From positions 7,440,001 through 7,504,000 of the forward strand of contig JAYWIR010000001.1 of the NCBI GenBank assembly GCA_036172245.1: 64,000 bases of DNA, in the 5' to 3' direction. How positions within the stretch are numbered: the stretch's first letter is position 1; each line of letters begins with the position of its first letter. Shown here piece by piece: positions 61,331 to 64,000 of the stretch. Below the pieces are notes generated by a model. It saw nothing but the letters and a program-made list of their open reading frames with translations, ran no database searches and was not told the origin of the DNA. Origin of the DNA: Raillietiella orientalis. Lineage: Eukaryota. A program made the translations under genes and the position numbers.

Positions 61331-64000
61331 CCGGAGTGCTGGAGTCAGGAACGCAGGTCAGCGGTGACCCGTCCGCTGGGACGTGGCCTAAGGAATCAGC
61401 GAAGGAGGGCGGAGAGGCGTCTCCAGCATCCCCGAAAGGCTGCGTCACCTGGAGTGATGAGAGGACGCGAGCGCCTTCTTTGCATCGTCCCTTATCTCTC
61501 GAGAGGAGCTGACCCCACGTGACTGAATCGACTGTAGTCCCGATCCCTGCCCCTCCTTCGTAGCCTCCGAGAGAGAGCGTCTTCCCCTCCAGGGTCGCCT
61601 CTTCTTCCTTCCCCCGACTGCCGCTGCCTGGGGAGCGTCCCGCTGCCGACCTACGCCTCACCCGGGGACCTCGGGCAACCCGGATCCGAGGAGCGGCTGC
61701 CCCTGCCCGCCGAAGCCGCCTCCCGGGAGGGAGGTAGTCTTCTCCGCGTCGTCACCCGGGAAAACCAGGACAACAGGTTTCTTCCTCCCGGGACGATCTT
61801 CAGCCCCTTCCCGCGGGTAGTCCCGGAAATCTGAAGGAGACCTTTTCACTCTGGACGAAAGAAGCACTCCGGGAGAGGCCGGGCCCTGAGGCATTCAGCG
61901 GAAGGATCGGCGAGGAAAGGCAAAAGGGTGTCTTCGCCGCCGAGAGAAGGGGTATCTCCAGGAAGGGGAACAGGGGGACCATCCCGAGTCCACTTGGTAG
62001 GACAGCCGCTCCTAGAGGCTCAGCTCGGAGTTTGCTGCTCCTCACCCGGTGTGCTTCCTCCGCATCCTTCCAGCGAGTGGGCTCCGGCCTCCTGGATTAA
62101 GGGGTCCCAAGTATGGTAGCAGACCCTCTGGAAACTGCATTGCCCCTTCCCATGGCTCTAGAGGGAAAAAAGGGTAGACGGGAACCCCCCCTCTCTCCAG
62201 GAGAAGAGGGATAGGTCCAGGGGAGGACGAATCCTGTACACTGGAGCGGGTGAGATAGGGACGAGAAGGAGGCGGAGAGGAACTCGGCGACTTCCTCGAA
62301 CGGCTCGCTTCCTCACCACCTCCTCCCATGCCCCCTTCTCCCGCCCTTGCCCTACGCTCCCGTCCCCATCGCGGCTCCGCAGCGCGCGCTTTTTGCTCCG
62401 CGCAGGGCGGGTGGCAGCCACGGCGAGACGCACCATCCCTCTTCTTCCTCTTCCTCCTCCCAGGTTTTATTTTCGTCTGCTCAAGCGCCCTGGAGTCCTG
62501 GAAACGGCTGTTTGCCGGGAGCGCTTCCCGCGACCCAATTAACGCTTTTCATTTCAGCCATTGTTCTCCCCCGTTGGGGGGAGGAGGAGAAAAGGAGTGG
62601 GAGGATGGGTAGGGAGAGGAGGGACGTGCGGGTGTCTCGCTTCCCTCGCTCCAGACGAGTCTCAAGAGAGACCAGGAAGATGGGACGGGCGGCGAGCAGA
62701 ATAGAGCGTGCCCCTCGGGGGGTAGGGGGGGGGAAGCGTCCCTCCTTCCTCTCCCCAAGGGATGAGAGGAGGGTGATGCTCATCTCGGACACTCGCTCGG
62801 TTTAGAAACGCTCCCTCTTCGAAGCTCCCGGATTCCTGGAAGGGAGGAGGGTTGGAGGAGGGGGGAAGAAAGTGAGGGAGGACAGAGAGGGCGGGAGGGA
62901 GGGTCATCACCCCAGTGGAGCCAAAGGGACTGAGCCGAGGGGGAGAGGATAGTACCTCGAAGTGGAGGATCTGGCAGACCAGGAGTAGGATGGCCTCCTT
63001 CCTCCTTTGTCCTACCTCTCTCTCCACCCTTATCTTCCTTGAGGAAGACCTGCCAGATAGAGCGCGCAGGGACGAGAAGAAAAAGGAGTATTCCCAGAGT
63101 CTGCTGCCGAGTCGATCCCCAGGAAGAACGCAGTAGCTCCTGCAGACACAGCTTCCAGTAGCTCCTGGGATAGAAAGAAGTCGTCGCTGCGACGCACGCT
63201 GGAGGAATTAGAAGGAGCTCTACTTCCTCCGCGACTGGGCTGCCCTCTCATCTCCTATTCTTCGAAGGGAAGGAGAATGAGAGGGGAAGAGGGAAAGGTC
63301 CGCGCCGCGTGAGTGACGTTTTCCTGTCCCAGGGGACTTTCGGGTGGGCTGGAAGGCCCACCGAGAGCTTTCAGCGGACCTGGAGCTCCTGAATCTGCAA
63401 CTGCTGGTCCCCCGTCTCCCCCATGGAGCTCCTGACCCCTTATTCGGCATCGACTAGTTGCCTGGAAGGAGAGTTGCCTGCGGATCTGATCGGTTGGGGA
63501 GGGGGGGAGGAAGGATGCGCACTGTAGGGGATAAGGGGGGTGAATGGAGAGACGAAGCGGAGGGGGGCAGCGGCGCCTCTCGGGCTCCCCACGCGCTCTC
63601 AGCGATGCCTGGAAACTTCCTTCTTTCGTCTGGATCGTCCCGAGCCGAAACTAGCGGGATGGGCGCCGTTTTCCGGAAGAATTCCCTTCCCGAAAGCCCC
63701 GCGTGTTCTGGGGAGCTTCCGGCTGAAGGCTCCCGTGCTCTTTTGGCCCACGACGAAGGAGGCGAAGGGGTTCCGTCGACTCGGACCCCGGCGGAGAGCA
63801 CGAAATCGCCCCAGCGCGGTGCAGCTAGGAAAGACAGAGGTCACTCGGGTGCCAAGGGAGGTAGAAAGGGAAAGGAAGACCCGAAATCTGACGAGCCTCG
63901 TCATTTGGCATGGGCAGGCCAAGGACTCGCAGAGCACTTCTCATGGGGGTCGCGGGTTTCCCACCCTCAGTTCCCCCTCCCGTCGAGAGTCCCTCTTCCC

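Noticed and set aside
1..64000. Homeobox exon or Hox-cluster microRNA (mir-10, iab-4)
   Set aside because: I found no WFQNRR- or YPWM-encoding sequence and no mature miRNA match by eye, so Hox-cluster location is unsupported.
1..64000. CRISPR array, operon or phage/prokaryotic system
   Set aside because: No regularly spaced repeats, no dense coding and no prokaryotic gene signatures.

Overview
GC-rich eukaryotic genomic DNA with many homopolymers and polypurine tracts. It is probably animal, possibly invertebrate (inferred from abundant retained CpG and homeodomain-type motifs; the taxon cannot be determined). I found no intact host CDS, rRNA, convincing tRNA, CRISPR array or prokaryotic organisation. 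Most ORFs in the track look like GC-content artefacts. The window is largely a graveyard of decayed non-LTR retrotransposons. Six L1/Tx1-like copies (A-F) retain the ORF2 C-terminus and 3' UTR, and one of them (D, about 41.3-45.6 kb) still shows ORF1-, endonuclease-, RT-, thumb- and zinc-finger-like remnants in order. There are also relics resembling restriction-like-endonuclease (R2/NeSL-type) elements and other LINE RTs. Between the relics lie short AT-richer islands with clustered homeodomain/TALE-type motifs (candidate enhancers) and several local direct or inverted duplications. The most notable observation is a conserved 3' module in the six divergent L1/Tx1-like copies: a U-rich tract, up to three stem-loops with compensatory base changes, and a common end point without a poly(A) tail. 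All protein-motif assignments were made by eye on frameshifted sequence and need HMM confirmation.
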